Below, piece after piece: positions 54,279 to 55,275 of a DNA stretch of 55,275 nucleotides; position 1 is the stretch's first letter; the number at the start of each line of letters is the position of its first letter. The translations under genes were made by a program, and so were the position numbers. The notes under the pieces were generated by a model. It ran no database searches. It was not told the DNA's origin and saw only the letters and a program-made list of their open reading frames with translations. The DNA is from Gammaproteobacteria bacterium (lineage in GTDB: Bacteria; Pseudomonadota; Gammaproteobacteria; JABXHR01): the NCBI GenBank assembly GCA_013373515.1, contig JABXHR010000089.1, forward strand, positions 1 to 55,275. Direction: 5' to 3'.

Positions 54279-54303
54279 AAATCGGGATATATGTTCCCGA
54301 TTT
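54279..54303. promoter_or_regulatory. Perfect inverted repeat in the ilvY-ilvC intergenic region, candidate IlvY operator
   Basis: AAATCGGGA-TATATGT-TCCCGATTT, a 9-bp perfect inverted repeat. It contains a LysR-type T-N11-A core. Confidence 0.55.
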
Positions 54304-54376
54304 TATCAATTTACGAAACGAAGGTCTAAAGATAAACTCGTCAGGTTTTTATGTGTCCAAGGATCTCCCCGTGGGA

Positions 54377-55275
54377 ATGAACTATTTCAACACTTTGCCA
54401 TTGCGTGAGCAGTTGGCTCAGTTGGCAAAATGCCGCTTTATGCACCTCAACGAATTTGAAGACGGCGTCGAAGCCCTCAAAGGCAAGAAGATGGTCGTGA
54501 TCGGCTGTGGTGCGCAAGGTCTAAACCAAGGTCTCAACTTGCGCGACAGTGGTCTTGATGTGTCTTATGCACTTCGCCAGTCTGCCATCGACGAAAAGCG
54601 TCAGTCTTGGAAAAACGCCACTGAAAACGGTTTTACCGTGGGTACCTACCAAGAGCTTATCCCAACAGCAGACGTTGTACTAAACCTCACGCCAGATAAG
54701 CAGCACACTGCGGTTGTTAACGATGTTATGCCGTTGATGAAAAAAGGCGCATGTTTGTCTTACTCACATGGCTTCAACATCGTCGAAGAGGGCATGAAAA
54801 TTCGTGAAGACATCACGGTCATCATGGTTGCACCCAAGTGCCCAGGCTCAGAAGTGCGCGCAGAATATGTGCGTGGTTTCGGTGTACCAACGCTCATCGC
54901 CGTTCACGAAGACAACGATCCAAACGGTGAAGGCATGGCATTGGCCAAAGCTTATGCAGTGGGCACTGGCGGTCATAAAGCAGGTGTATTGCAATCTTCA
55001 TTCGTGGCAGAAGTAAAATCTGACTTGATGGGCGAGCAAACCATTCTTTGCGGCATGCTGCAAACTGGTTCATTGCTGTGTTTCGATAAAATGGTTGAAG
55101 AAGGCGTCGACGCGGGCTATGCGGCTAAATTGATTCAGTACGGCTGGGAAACCATCACCGAAGCGCTCAAGTACGGCGGCGTCACCAACATGATGGACCG
55201 TTTGTCTAACCCTGCCAAAATCAAAGCATTCGAGCTGGCAGAGGAACTTAAAACCATCATGCGTCCGCTGTACAA
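54377..55275 (+). CDS. ilvC: Ketol-acid reductoisomerase (class II), 5' part; runs off the right edge
   Basis: [22 protein letters not shown]...[25 protein letters not shown] is near-identical in pattern to E. coli IlvC. The frame stays open to the end of the window. Confidence 0.95.
   Translation, partial: MNYFNTLPLREQLAQLAKCRFMHLNEFEDGVEALKGKKMVVIGCGAQGLNQGLNLRDSGLDVSYALRQSAIDEKRQSWKNATENGFTVGTYQELIPTADVVLNLTPDKQHTAVVNDVMPLMKKGACLSYSHGFNIVEEGMKIREDITVIMVAPKCPGSEVRAEYVRGFGVPTLIAVHEDNDPNGEGMALAKAYAVGTGGHKAGVLQSSFVAEVKSDLMGEQTILCGMLQTGSLLCFDKMVEEGVDAGYAAKLIQYGWETITEALKYGGVTNMMDRLSNPAKIKAFELAEELKTIMRPLY

Noticed and set aside
1-55275. CRISPR arrays, tRNA/rRNA genes, transposases, integrases, prophage or defence-island signatures
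   Set aside because: Reading all intergenic regions longer than 80 nt and the ORF track gave no regularly spaced repeats, no tRNA-like T-arm sequences, and no recombinase, nuclease or NTPase defence-type ORFs. The window appears to be core chromosome.

Overview
This 55.3-kb window looks like a chromosomal, mostly housekeeping region of a (probably marine) gammaproteobacterium. The polA / engB / cytochrome c4 / dsbA neighbourhood resembles Pseudomonas and Oceanospirillales synteny, but species cannot be determined from sequence alone. Coding density is high, and six of ten convergent gene pairs overlap at their 3' ends. I saw no rRNA, tRNA, CRISPR array, transposase, integrase or phage genes. 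Contents from left to right: (1) A taurine catabolism and uptake cluster: xsc (5' end only), a MocR-type tauR, tpa and tauABC, with an extra DegT-family aminotransferase. (2) A TPR-GGDEF-EAL protein, a PQQ sugar dehydrogenase and a small AraC / ornithine-cyclodeaminase / PAP2 / TauE block. (3) A PhnD-like binding protein / chemoreceptor / TlpA operon. (4) polA, moaA, yhcB, nadE, mtgA, glnK-amtB, trpS and engB. (5) Cytochrome c4 with System II cytochrome c maturation (resB, ccsA) and dsbA. (6) A zinc-finger-less DksA paralogue, mgtE, cheV and degQ-degS with a divergent two-component system. (7) A BNR/sialidase-fold protein, nhaD, mepA and a copG (DUF411) pair. (8) A choXWV-type quaternary-amine ABC transporter, then ilvY-ilvC. 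The most unusual signal is two perfect, overlapping LexA (SOS) boxes immediately upstream of an orphan 168-aa polytopic membrane protein (36188-36749). Other points worth a second look are a conserved bipartite operator shared by two taurine promoters, an Ig-like domain inserted into the TauC permease, and the DegT aminotransferase fused to the tauABC operon. All family assignments rest on motifs I recognised by eye. No database search was run.
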